Source: a virus. From it: 64,000 nt of DNA. The notes below the pieces were generated by a model. It was not told the origin of the DNA and did no database searches. It saw nothing but the letters and a program-made list of their open reading frames with translations. Shown piece by piece: positions 27,620-38,400 of this stretch. The DNA is taken from IMG/VR virus record IMGVR_UViG_3300010160_000035, positions 15,639-79,638 of that record; one strand, given 5' to 3'. The position numbers and the translations under genes are program-made. Numbering within the stretch: position 1 is the first letter of the stretch; each line of letters begins with the position of its first letter.

Positions 27620-28813
27620 ATGAAAGTAAATAAGTATTATTCACCTGAATTTGGTGAACCAGATGGAGATGGTATCCCTACAATTGATAACTCTTCTGAT
27701 AAGAATCTTGTAAAAGATGTTTTAGAAGGTGGAGAATTTGATTTTGATACAGAATTGTCTAATCTAATTAGTGATTCAGATGATGATGATATTGACCAAG
27801 AAAAGAGTATTGAAAAGAAAGCAAAAGATTTTGCTCCTAATGATAGTTCTTTAAAAGATGATGATAAAGAAGATGAGCCTTTATATAAAGTTTTAGCTGA
27901 ACAGTTAAAATCTGAAGGTTTATTTGATGATGAAGATTTTGCATCTGATGATGATTTTGAATTTGATGGTTCTCCTGAGAGTTTTAAATATCTAATGGAA
28001 AGACGTGACTTTAAAAGAGGTTTAAAAATCTTTGAAGAAGTTGTATCTGAAATGCCAGCTAAAATGAGAACTCAGTTCCAGCTATTTATGGATGGCTTAG
28101 ATGAAGATTCAGCATCTGATATTGGTAGTAAATTAGTAGATTATTCTAATGTAACTAAAGAAGATTTAGAAAATAATCCTGCAAAAGCAGAACAATTGTA
28201 TAGAGAGCTTCTTAGAACTAAAGGATTTTCTAATGAAAAAATTACTAAGTATGTAGAAAGAGCAAGAGATTTAGATGAATTAGCTGATGAAGGATTAGAA
28301 GCAGCACAATCATTAAATCAAGATGCTCAAAAACAGATTGAATTTAAAAAACAAGAAGAGCAATATAATTCTCAAAAAAGACAACATGAAGCTAGTCAAA
28401 GACTTCAAGCTCTTAAAGCAGCAATTATAAATACACCTGAGATTTTCAAAGGTGTAGGACTTACTGAACAAATGAAAGAAAAGCTATACAAGTCTATGAC
28501 TGAAACAGTAGCTTATGACGAAAATAAACAACCATTAAATAAAGTAGCAGCCTTGTCAAGAAAAAATCCTGAAGCATTTAGAATGCAGTTGCATTATCTG
28601 ACTGAACTTGGTTTATTTAATACAGATGAAAGAGGTAATCTTAAACCTGACTTAACTAAACTCATGAGATTAGCGGAAACTAAAGTATCAAGATCAATAG
28701 ATGACAGATTAAAAAAAGCTGCATTTAGATCAGGTTCAAATCTGAGTAATAATATTTCAGAAAAAGAATCTGATGTATTATCATCACTTGAACATTTCCT
28801 TAAAAACAAATAA
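27620..28813 (+). CDS. Probable capsid scaffolding/assembly protein
   Basis: Acidic N-terminus, helical, located between portal and major capsid gene. Confidence 0.6.
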   Translation: MKVNKYYSPEFGEPDGDGIPTIDNSSDKNLVKDVLEGGEFDFDTELSNLISDSDDDDIDQEKSIEKKAKDFAPNDSSLKDDDKEDEPLYKVLAEQLKSEGLFDDEDFASDDDFEFDGSPESFKYLMERRDFKRGLKIFEEVVSEMPAKMRTQFQLFMDGLDEDSASDIGSKLVDYSNVTKEDLENNPAKAEQLYRELLRTKGFSNEKITKYVERARDLDELADEGLEAAQSLNQDAQKQIEFKKQEEQYNSQKRQHEASQRLQALKAAIINTPEIFKGVGLTEQMKEKLYKSMTETVAYDENKQPLNKVAALSRKNPEAFRMQLHYLTELGLFNTDERGNLKPDLTKLMRLAETKVSRSIDDRLKKAAFRSGSNLSNNISEKESDVLSSLEHFLKNK

Positions 28814-28820
28814 ATAAATC

Positions 28821-30332
28821 ATGCAATTATTTCAACTCCAAAAATACGCAGCCAAAGACTATAATGGTCTAGTAACTGCAAATAACTTGGGAGCTTTATA
28901 CATGAAGCGACCACAGCTTGTAACTAACACCATTCACCAGATTTTCAGAACTAATTTGAAGAATGCGATGTTTGACTTCCTTAATCAATTTCCAGTTGTG
29001 GAAGTTGAAGAAAATAACTACTATGAGTGGATGCTCCAAGGTCAACATGATAAAAATATTCCTTTGTTAGAAGCATATGATGCTACTGGAACTTCTGCTG
29101 CTTCAGTAGGTGAACTAGGTGCAGGAGTTGCTGCTTTCTATGTAGTATTTGGTGAAGAGTATTTTGAGCCAGATAACATCTTAAAAGGTAACAAAGCAGA
29201 ATACTTACTTCGTGTAATCTCTGTTAAACCTAAAGGTACTAACTATGAGTATGAAGTAGAACTTTTGACATCAGATCCAACACTTTCTGTTCCTGCAGAA
29301 GAACTTGAAGCTGGTCAGCGTTGGGCTAAGTTTTTCAACGTAGCACCATCTACACTTTCTAGTAGAGGTCAGAAGCCTAATTTTACTTCACCATTCAGAA
29401 TGCGTAACAGAATTACTATGCAGCGTTTTGAGTATGAAGTTCCTGGTAACATGATTAATGAAGGTAAAAACTACCCATTAGAGTTCTCTTTTCCTGGACT
29501 TGATGGTAAGCAAGAAAAAGTTTGGATTAACTACCTTGATATGGTAGCTATGTACCAAGCTGAAGTTGCTAATGTAGTTATGCACTTTTATGGTCTACAC
29601 AACTTTACAGAAAAAGATTTGTTCTTGAACAAAGACGCTTCTGGTAAATATCCATTGGAATCAGGTGCTGGTTTATTTGAGCAAATTGCACCATCTAACA
29701 TTCACTATTACTCAACTCTTGACTTGGACTTCTTAACTGAAGTATTCTTGGATCTATCTATTGGTAGAATTGAAATGGGTAACAGAGTTGTTACTTTGTG
29801 TACAGGTGAATATGGTATTCGTGATTTTCACAGAGCTGTACTTGCTAAAGGTGGTACTGAATTATTGATGTCTACTACTAACAGTGGTCCAGGACGTAGT
29901 AATGATACTTCTATCCACAAAGAAAATGGTGGAAAACTTACAGGTATTCCTAAGCCACTTTCTGCTGGTTTCCAGTTCACTAAGTATTACTCAATCAATG
30001 GTATTACATTTGAATTAATGTACTGTCCAATGTTTGATGATAAAGTTCTTTTCCCTGAAACTCACCCAGAAGGTGGAACTACTGAATCTCGTAGAATGAT
30101 TGCTATGGATTTTGGTGGTGAATCAGGAATTAAGAGAGTATCTGTAAAAGGTCAACCATCTGTATTCCGTTATATCCCAGGTATGCGTGATCCATTCACA
30201 CCTGCAGGAAAAGGTTCTCCTTCAATGGCAGTATCTAGATCTGATGGTTATGAAATTCACAGAATGATGTGGGGTGGAATGATGATTACTGATCCAACAA
30301 AAGTTGTTGACTTCCGTTACAACTTAGTTTAA
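28821..30332 (+). CDS. Major capsid protein
   Basis: 503 aa, crAss-like synteny, followed by a strong terminator. Confidence 0.85.
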   Translation: MQLFQLQKYAAKDYNGLVTANNLGALYMKRPQLVTNTIHQIFRTNLKNAMFDFLNQFPVVEVEENNYYEWMLQGQHDKNIPLLEAYDATGTSAASVGELGAGVAAFYVVFGEEYFEPDNILKGNKAEYLLRVISVKPKGTNYEYEVELLTSDPTLSVPAEELEAGQRWAKFFNVAPSTLSSRGQKPNFTSPFRMRNRITMQRFEYEVPGNMINEGKNYPLEFSFPGLDGKQEKVWINYLDMVAMYQAEVANVVMHFYGLHNFTEKDLFLNKDASGKYPLESGAGLFEQIAPSNIHYYSTLDLDFLTEVFLDLSIGRIEMGNRVVTLCTGEYGIRDFHRAVLAKGGTELLMSTTNSGPGRSNDTSIHKENGGKLTGIPKPLSAGFQFTKYYSINGITFELMYCPMFDDKVLFPETHPEGGTTESRRMIAMDFGGESGIKRVSVKGQPSVFRYIPGMRDPFTPAGKGSPSMAVSRSDGYEIHRMMWGGMMITDPTKVVDFRYNLV

Positions 30333-30342
30333 TAAATAACTA

Positions 30343-30375
30343 TAAAGGAGGGTTGAAATACATCCTCCTTTATTT
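30343..30375 (+). terminator. Intrinsic terminator after the major capsid gene
   Basis: TAAAGGAGG...CCTCCTTTA followed by TTT. Confidence 0.7.
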
Positions 30376-30376
30376 A

Positions 30377-30384
30377 TACCTTTG
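30377..30384 (+). promoter_or_regulatory. Bacteroidota -7 promoter element
   Basis: TACCTTTG. Confidence 0.6.
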
Positions 30385-30398
30385 TAAAAAATAAGAAA

Positions 30399-31358
30399 AT
30401 GGACAAGAAAATTAATAAGACAGAAACAACAGCTGCACCACTAGAAAGCTTCTTTATAGATAAGGTGGTTAAAGTTGTACCAATTGTAAGACCCAATAGT
30501 TGGGGACACAAATATCAAATCAGTGAAGATGGTAAAGATAAAACCAATGGTTCTTATCAATTTAATACTGCACTCACTTATTTGTCAGTACCTGTAAGTA
30601 AAAAGACAGGTCTATATATTAGACCACTTGACAACATTAAGAAAGTTAGAACTCCTGAGTTTCCTGATGATGAAATTACTGAACAAGATTTCTTTGAAAG
30701 AATGTTAGGAATGAGTAAAGGTGACCTTGATATTTCTAAGTATAAAACTGATGAAAAAGGTAATCGTTTTCCTGATACATTTTGGCAAAGAAGTGGTACA
30801 GTTAAATTGAGAAATGAAGCAAACACTTTGGATTTATCTCTTCCAATGGATATGTTAAAATATAAAGTATTAATGTTAAACAAGAATGTGGTGGCTCCAT
30901 CACCTTCTGAAAAAAACAAAAAGCGTACTTACAGATTTATGATAGTAGATCAAGAAGTTGCTGAGATACAAGAGAAAGAAGAATTAAATGTAAAACTAGA
31001 AGCGTATTCTTGGTTTGCAAGAGTTAAAGCAGATATTGAACAACTAAAAGAAATTATGTGGTTATATGATTCAAGAATTAGTAATACTACAAACTATGAT
31101 TATGTGTTTGCCTATGTTGGAAAACTCGTTAATGATTCACCTACTCAATTCTTAAAAGTAGTTAATGATATTAATAAAGATGCAAAACTATTACTAATGA
31201 AAGCATTAAAAAATGGTGCATTAGTTTTAACTAAAGAAAAAACTTATCAATTCCTAGATGGTAAAGATATTGGTCCACAAGTGAATGCAATTAAATTCAT
31301 TAATGATTCTGAAAACTTTGCTATTGTAGAAAGACTTAAAGAACAATCTGGTGTATGA
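30399..31358 (+). CDS. Conserved crAss-like protein downstream of the major capsid gene
   Basis: 319 aa, synteny. Confidence 0.6.
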   Translation: MDKKINKTETTAAPLESFFIDKVVKVVPIVRPNSWGHKYQISEDGKDKTNGSYQFNTALTYLSVPVSKKTGLYIRPLDNIKKVRTPEFPDDEITEQDFFERMLGMSKGDLDISKYKTDEKGNRFPDTFWQRSGTVKLRNEANTLDLSLPMDMLKYKVLMLNKNVVAPSPSEKNKKRTYRFMIVDQEVAEIQEKEELNVKLEAYSWFARVKADIEQLKEIMWLYDSRISNTTNYDYVFAYVGKLVNDSPTQFLKVVNDINKDAKLLLMKALKNGALVLTKEKTYQFLDGKDIGPQVNAIKFINDSENFAIVERLKEQSGV

Positions 31359-32104
31359 CAGCTAATGAAATGTGGGATAATGTCCTTGTAACTTATGATG
31401 CACTTTATTCACAAAGTGCTCCTGGGTTTGTTGACCCTGAAGCAAGCATTATTTTAACAAAAGCTCAGTGGTATTATATACTTCAGAGAATCAACCCTAA
31501 GAGTAATAGAAACATGGAGGGTTTTGAAGAAACTGAAGTTAGAATCCAAGAGTTATCTTCTTTAATAAAAGATAGTGGAGATGCAAATCCTCCAATATTA
31601 CAATTAACTAATCCTACTGGAACATTGCCTGGAGAAACTCTCTGGGCAATCCCAGTTGATTGCATGCTACCTATTTATGAAGGTTGTACTACAAATACAA
31701 AACAATGTAATACTACATCTACATATAATAGGATTATGACAATACCAATATCTCATGATGAGTATAACTTAAATTACTCTAATCCTTATAAAAAACCTTG
31801 GACTGATGGTGTTGAAGGTATTATATGGAGATTAGAACATGGTACTCAACCTGTAAATACTGTAGAAAGGAAAATACATGGTATTATTACTGATGGTAGT
31901 TTTAGTATTACTAATTATTATATGAGATATATTAAATATCCTGAAGATATTCAAATTAATTTATCTAACCCTAATTCACAAGTAAGTTGTAAACTAGACC
32001 CCATATCACATCAAAGTATCTGTGACATCGCTGTAAAATTACTCTCTGCAGCAGTGAGAGAACAGATACCAGCTAACCAACTAAGTGCAGAGAATTTAGA
32101 ATAA
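31355..32104 (+). CDS. Probable tail ring/adaptor protein
   Basis: SAPGF..EASIILTKAQ..GFEETE..RYIKYP..HQSICDIAV. Confidence 0.6.
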   Translation: MTANEMWDNVLVTYDALYSQSAPGFVDPEASIILTKAQWYYILQRINPKSNRNMEGFEETEVRIQELSSLIKDSGDANPPILQLTNPTGTLPGETLWAIPVDCMLPIYEGCTTNTKQCNTTSTYNRIMTIPISHDEYNLNYSNPYKKPWTDGVEGIIWRLEHGTQPVNTVERKIHGIITDGSFSITNYYMRYIKYPEDIQINLSNPNSQVSCKLDPISHQSICDIAVKLLSAAVREQIPANQLSAENLE

Positions 32105-32112
32105 ATATTTCA

Positions 32113-32120
32113 TATATTTG
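32113..32120 (+). promoter_or_regulatory. Bacteroidota -7 promoter element
   Basis: TATATTTG. Confidence 0.6.
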
Positions 32121-32156
32121 TAAAACAAAACAACAACAAATTAACATTTTAAAAAA

Positions 32157-33449
32157 ATGGCTTTAGATTCAAAAAATAACATTAAGAGTGTATTTCTTGT
32201 TCCCGCAAATGCAACTGTAGTTACAGCTGGGACAAAAGTAACTCCAGGCTCATTAGCATTAAATTCAGTAGTACTTACTAATATGTCTAATGAAGTACTT
32301 AATACATCTGCTGCAGGTAATTTTAACCCAGTTCTTTTTGATAAAATTAAAATTATCAAAGATCGTGGTGCTGATTTACCTTTACAACAAGTAGTACTTA
32401 CACGTGATCAAATTATAGCTGCTTCTTCTATTGCAGGTAGACTAGCTGTAGAACAAGTATCTTATGTTGGATACAATGGTAGTACTGGTTCTATGGATTC
32501 AACATCTAATAATTTCTTTATTATTAAATTAGAACACACACCAAATGCTTTCTTATATGGTAAACGTCCTGCAAGTTACAAGTATGGTACTTACCAATCA
32601 AGTGGGTCAGCTTCTCAAGCAGAGATTGCTAATGGACTTACAGCTTCTTTAGTACAAAATTTTCGTGCTAATAGAACTATTGATTGGAGAGTATTTTCAG
32701 AAGTAACTAATGGAGGTGCTAGAACAGCTGCAACTGCAACTGCTGCAGTAACTTTAACATTTACTAAATACTCTAAATTTGTAACTGCATCTGCTGCAAC
32801 TGCATCTACTAATATTGTAGCTGGAGATTATGTAGCAATTGATGCTGCTACTACTTCAGGTGTTTATAAAGTAGCTTCTAAAGATGCTTCAGGTAATTTA
32901 ATTCTTGATATTGCATTCCAAGGAGAAACTACAACTATTGTAGCTGCTACTAATAATATTCGTATAGTTGCTGCTACTGCTAACGCTGCTTCTTTTGGTA
33001 TCAAAATTACAGGTATCAAACAAAAGTATGATGTTAACAGATGGAGACAATATGACAAAGTTAGATTTAACACATTCCTTGAAGGATTTGTTACTGCTGT
33101 AGCTACTACAACTGCTGCCTTTGATGGTGTTGCTGTTTATGAGCAAGTAGCTAATGATGAGTATATCTCTTGGGGTGATGAAGGTCAAGTATTTGTTGAT
33201 CAAGTTCCACCATTGTTCCGTGAACAAGATGCTGTAGTTGGACAACAATATCAGCCTGCTGTAATTGGATGGTTAGATAGACTTCCATCTTTAATTGGTG
33301 CAGGTCAAAACAAAGGACAAGCTATTATGTATTTTGCTGGTGGTACTGGTACTTCAACTTATACTCCTGCTGCAGGTAATCAAGCTAGTATTATTACTTC
33401 TTTTAACTTGTGGTCAAATGTAGATTTACCTGCTACTTTTGTTTACTAA
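32157..33449 (+). CDS. Structural protein, candidate auxiliary capsid protein
   Basis: 430 aa, Ala/Thr-rich, with its own promoter and terminator. Confidence 0.55.
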   Translation: MALDSKNNIKSVFLVPANATVVTAGTKVTPGSLALNSVVLTNMSNEVLNTSAAGNFNPVLFDKIKIIKDRGADLPLQQVVLTRDQIIAASSIAGRLAVEQVSYVGYNGSTGSMDSTSNNFFIIKLEHTPNAFLYGKRPASYKYGTYQSSGSASQAEIANGLTASLVQNFRANRTIDWRVFSEVTNGGARTAATATAAVTLTFTKYSKFVTASAATASTNIVAGDYVAIDAATTSGVYKVASKDASGNLILDIAFQGETTTIVAATNNIRIVAATANAASFGIKITGIKQKYDVNRWRQYDKVRFNTFLEGFVTAVATTTAAFDGVAVYEQVANDEYISWGDEGQVFVDQVPPLFREQDAVVGQQYQPAVIGWLDRLPSLIGAGQNKGQAIMYFAGGTGTSTYTPAAGNQASIITSFNLWSNVDLPATFVY

Positions 33450-33471
33450 TAACAATTAATCTCTAGATAAG

Positions 33472-33517
33472 GATAGTGAAGGACCTAGTTTTTGAATTAG
33501 GTTTTTCACTATTTTTG
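33472..33517 (+). terminator. Intrinsic terminator
   Basis: ATAGTGAA...TTCACTAT followed by a T-run. Confidence 0.6.
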
Positions 33518-33542
33518 TTTAGAATAAAACCTATAATATATT

Positions 33543-34151
33543 ATGGCATTTATACCAACAATATCTGCTTGTCTTAATGGATGCACAGGTATAACATTTA
33601 ACGACACTACTGGGTTTTATAATAGTGTTACTAACCCTTATGGGTGGAATAATACTTTATGGAAAAACCAAATAGATGGTTCTCCATATGTTAATGCAGC
33701 TACTATTAGTATATCATTAAATGGTGGTGAGGCAACTACAGTTAGTGTATTAAATAAAATACAAGATTCTATATTCCCAGATTTTGAATTATATCAATAT
33801 ACTCCTGTAGATAGTACAGGAAGTAATTTTAATTTAGCTGATGGTTATTATACTATTGTATATACTATAACAGACAGTAATGATGCTACATATGTTGTAG
33901 ATACTATTTTTGTAGTATATTGTAATGTAGCTTGCTGTGTTACTAATAAAGCAGCAGCTGTTGCAGCTGAATTGTGTCTTGATTGTGATTCACAAGCTTA
34001 TGAAGATTTCTTACTTGCAGATGGTATTTTGCAAGCATTAAAAGCTACTGCAGAATCTTTAGGTACTGCAGAATTTACTAAACTATTAAACAAACTACAA
34101 AGATTATGTGGTACATCTACAACTGGCGGTTGTGGTTGTGGCTGCAGTTAA
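33543..34151 (+). CDS. Tail-hub-like structural protein
   Basis: Ig-like N-terminus (DTTGFY..ADGYYTIVY) and Cys-rich helical C-terminus. Confidence 0.5.
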   Translation: MAFIPTISACLNGCTGITFNDTTGFYNSVTNPYGWNNTLWKNQIDGSPYVNAATISISLNGGEATTVSVLNKIQDSIFPDFELYQYTPVDSTGSNFNLADGYYTIVYTITDSNDATYVVDTIFVVYCNVACCVTNKAAAVAAELCLDCDSQAYEDFLLADGILQALKATAESLGTAEFTKLLNKLQRLCGTSTTGGCGCGCS

Positions 34152-34165
34152 AAACTTATAAAAAT

Positions 34166-34987
34166 ATGTGTTCATGTTCAGGCAGTTGTAACTGCAATTC
34201 AACAATAATACCAAGAGGTCCACAAGGTGTTCCAGGACCACAAGGTGATACAGGAGCTCCAGGCAGTAATGGAACTCCAGGAACTCCTGCTACAATAACA
34301 TTAGGTACTGTAACTACAGGTGATGCAGGTACAGATGTAATTATTACAAATGTAGGCCCTGATGCTAACAATGCTGAATTTGATTTTACTATTCCAAGAG
34401 GAGATGAAGGAATACAAGGTCCTGAAGGTATACAAGGTGCACCAGGCCCTAGTATTATAGATGCTATTTGGCCAAGTAATGGAATTGGATTAGGTGGATT
34501 AAATGATAAAAAAGGATCTATATATGTACCATATAATTATATGACTACAGCTGATGATACTTTAGAAGTACAAGCAATATTTAAAGTTGCAGATGGTGTT
34601 GAGATAGATCCATTAACTTTTTATATTAGAATATTAAATACTAATGTTGCTGCAGGTTCAACAATATTAACTCAATATGGATCAATACCTTATATAGGTG
34701 TAGAAGGTGAAAATTTTGTAGTAGAAGTAGATTGTAAAATACAAAGAACTGGTCCTAATGCATTTAGAATTAGAGCAAAATGGGAATTATCACAAGGACC
34801 TGTTGGTTCTACATACAAAAATACAATAACTACTTTTATAACAGATATTACTTTAAATAGTCTTATGTCATTAAGTAACCCTAACACTTGGGCAAATAGT
34901 CAATTTATTATTGCTTCTGCTGATGATAATACTCCTCCAGATATAAACTTAGTCCATTTAGAAGTTAGATCATTAAAACGTGTTTAA
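34166..34987 (+). CDS. Collagen-repeat fiber protein
   Basis: MCSCSGSCNC start; G-X-Y repeats; start moved from 34106 to the ATG at 34166. Confidence 0.65.
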   Translation: MCSCSGSCNCNSTIIPRGPQGVPGPQGDTGAPGSNGTPGTPATITLGTVTTGDAGTDVIITNVGPDANNAEFDFTIPRGDEGIQGPEGIQGAPGPSIIDAIWPSNGIGLGGLNDKKGSIYVPYNYMTTADDTLEVQAIFKVADGVEIDPLTFYIRILNTNVAAGSTILTQYGSIPYIGVEGENFVVEVDCKIQRTGPNAFRIRAKWELSQGPVGSTYKNTITTFITDITLNSLMSLSNPNTWANSQFIIASADDNTPPDINLVHLEVRSLKRV

Positions 34988-35002
34988 AATAAAATATAAA
35001 CT

Positions 35003-35434
35003 ATGACTTGCTATAACTCAGAATTACCAATAGGTCCTCCAGGACCAACTGGTCCAATAGGTCCTCAAGGGCCTGCGGGCACACCTATATATAAAGTTTA
35101 TACTGCTTTATTAACAGAAACACCGGGAAATCCTCCTACTGTTAATACATTAGAAAACACAACTGATTTTGATTTAAGTTTTAGTAGATTTGATGGTGGT
35201 AAATACAGATCTAATACATTTGCAGCAGATTTAAATAAAATTACAATAACTTGTAATATTGGTTATTATAACCTTGCAAATCCTATTTTAATTGATGGTA
35301 TTACAATATCTTCATTAGTTGTAGATGCAGGTTCTGGTAATATATATTTTGAATTAAGAACAGTAATTAATGGTCTTGGAGCAAGCGATGAATTATTAAC
35401 TAATGCAGTATTAGAATTAAGAATATACCCATGA
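35003..35434 (+). CDS. Short collagen-repeat structural protein
   Basis: GPPGPTGPIGPQGP; YKVYTALL..LENT..LELRIYP. Confidence 0.65.
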   Translation: MTCYNSELPIGPPGPTGPIGPQGPAGTPIYKVYTALLTETPGNPPTVNTLENTTDFDLSFSRFDGGKYRSNTFAADLNKITITCNIGYYNLANPILIDGITISSLVVDAGSGNIYFELRTVINGLGASDELLTNAVLELRIYP

Positions 35435-38400
35435 TACTAACACCTTTAAATATACAAGTAGCAATAATTAAAGCATTCTATGCTTTAGCTAAGAAATCAG
35501 TTAAGTACTATACAGGACTTGCTTTAGGTAAGAATAATACTTGTCTATTTAAAGAAATAAGATTACTTAGAGCTTATGTAGAAATACTTAGAAACTTTGA
35601 GATAGTAGGTAGTACTATTACCTGTAACTGTTGTGTTGAAGGTGACTTTAATGTATTACTAAATTCTGATTTACCAGTAACTGATACACCTATACAATTT
35701 GGTTGTGATAACCAAGGATATATGGTATATAATGGTATTGGATATGAGTTTACATACTTTTATGATGATGCTAATAAAAAAATAGTAATAGATTTTTCAG
35801 GAGTATTAAATGATGTAGTTATTACTATTACTGATGTACAATTTACAGATACTTGTGATATAACAGGGAATGCTGTTTCACCAATAGAAGTAGCTACTAT
35901 AGATGAGATTACAGAACCTCCAGTTACAGTAGACAATGATTTTGGTACTTGGGATGGTAATATAACTATATATGAATCTGATGGAAGTACAGAACTTGTA
36001 CCACCTATAAGTTTAACTATTCCTGCAGCTGACATGGATAATGTAGAAGCTATTTTAGAACTTTGGAATACTACATATCCTGAATGGATTTTACAGTATT
36101 TTGAAGGACAGTTTGTTTTATATTCTCCATTTGATAATGTAAATTATACTGATTATATTGTAAAATTTAAACAATATGAAGGTGGTACTGATGCTACTTT
36201 AGATTTTGATTTATCAGAACTACCTCCTTTTATAACTGAGAATACACCATCTTACGCTGATATATTATTTGAACAACCTACTTTTGCAGCTAGTCATGTA
36301 GCAGAAACTACAATAGCACTATCTTCTGGAAGATTGCCTTATAATGTTACTGCAGATCCTGCATCTGTTACTATATTAATACCAATTGATCAATTTGCTG
36401 TTGGTGAACCAGCAACAATGAGTATTCCATTATACGAATTATTTAATTCTACAAATCAAGATTTTTATTATTTAGGTATGCCTATGTTTAGTCATTCTGG
36501 TACTTATACTGGCATGCCTCAATTAATAGATGATTTTAATGTAAATAATGGTCAAGGATTTACAGCAAGTTATGGTGGTATACAGCCAATAAGTGAAACA
36601 TTAGCAACAGCTTCAAATATATCTACACTGTTTAATATTGCTGTACCTACAGATGTGTATACAGCTAGATTATTTAATCAAAGTTTAAGTATTAATCTTA
36701 CTATAGGTACATACACAGTAGGTGGAGATGATGTTCCTGAAGATATAGCAAATTTTATAGCTGCTGATATTATTGCTCAAGATATATTTGAAGGTACTGT
36801 TAGTGTAAGTGGAACAGTTATTACATTAACTGCACCAACAGGTACAGGAGCTTCTTGGAATGCTGTGTATTCATTTACTATACAAAGAAATGCTACTAGA
36901 ATTAATACTTATGTTTTTAGTGGTGGTGTAGGGGTTCCAACTACACCAATATATTTATTAAATATTACAGCACTTAATATTTATCCACAAACAGATTACG
37001 ATGGAGGAATAATTGAAATTAGATATCCAACAGAAATGTATGACCCTGATGGAGGTCAATTTGCAGGTGCAGTAGATAATACTGATGGTATAGTAAAATT
37101 TACTAATTCTTATCTTGGTCCTAATATTATTTATAATACTGGACCATCTATTCCACCATCAGAAATTTTTACTAGCATATATGATATGTTAGATTCTTTT
37201 AATTTTAGTAATACTTTATTAGCGCAAGCTACTGTAACAGGAACTAGTGGTCCAAACTATGTAGTAAATATAGTAGTACCTACACCACCAGCATGGGCTT
37301 ATAATGGTACTACTTTAAAATACGAGTATATATCAAATAGAACTTATATCAATATTGGCACTTATTCTGGAGGTTCAGATACTACAGCAGCTACTTATAC
37401 TTTAGTAATACTTGATGATTCTAATGATCCATTTTTAACAGTAATTGGTACAGGTAATTTTTCAAATTATCAAGGTATTGTAAATAGTTTAAATAGTCAA
37501 TCTACTTTTAATTCAGATTTTATAGCATCATTAAGTGTTAATAATATTATTATTACAACATTATATGATCCACAAGGAGCTTTTTATAATGATTACAGTT
37601 TTCAATTAGCTTTAGATTATACATCTATGCAGTATACAGCAAATGATTTTGTAAGTACAGTTGGTATAATGTCTGGTGGTTTAGATGCTGTAGCTCCAAA
37701 TATTACCCTTGTTAATGAATTTATTCCTCTTACTATTTTAGATTTACCTCAAAATAGTTATGATGTAGATGGTATTAGTGGATTTGTAGATTATTTTAAT
37801 GGTCTTAGTCCATACAATTATTCAGCAGAATATCTTGGTACTTCTCAAGATTTACCTGAAATACTATCTCAAAGTTTGCTTAACATGCCTAGCTTAACTG
37901 GAGACATACCAAATACTGTATTAAAAGCTTTTTATGCACCTTCTGTTATTTCTGCACCTACTTTAATAGGTACATTTACACCTACTACAGGTGGAGATTA
38001 TACACCTAGTGGATTAGCATTAGGATTAGCAAATGCTGTAAATTTAAATGTTTGGGATGGTACAGCAACAACTAATCTTTCTACTTTAATATTGTCATCA
38101 CCTTCAGGTACTTTTGGTTCTTATAATAACTATATATCTGCAGTAACTTTAAAAGTACCTAATGCTAAAGCAATAGTTAATGTTACATTTTTAACACCTT
38201 CTACAGGAGCAGGCACAGTAGAATTAACTGTATCTTTTGGTTCAGTTAGTCTTGGAATACAGTCTATTCCAGTAGCACAAACTGCAGTTCAATGGGCAAC
38301 TGCTTATAAAAATAGAATTAATTCTGGTACAGGAACACATGGTTATACAGCTTTTACTTCAACTAGCAGTCCAACTATATCAATATATGCTCCTGCAAAT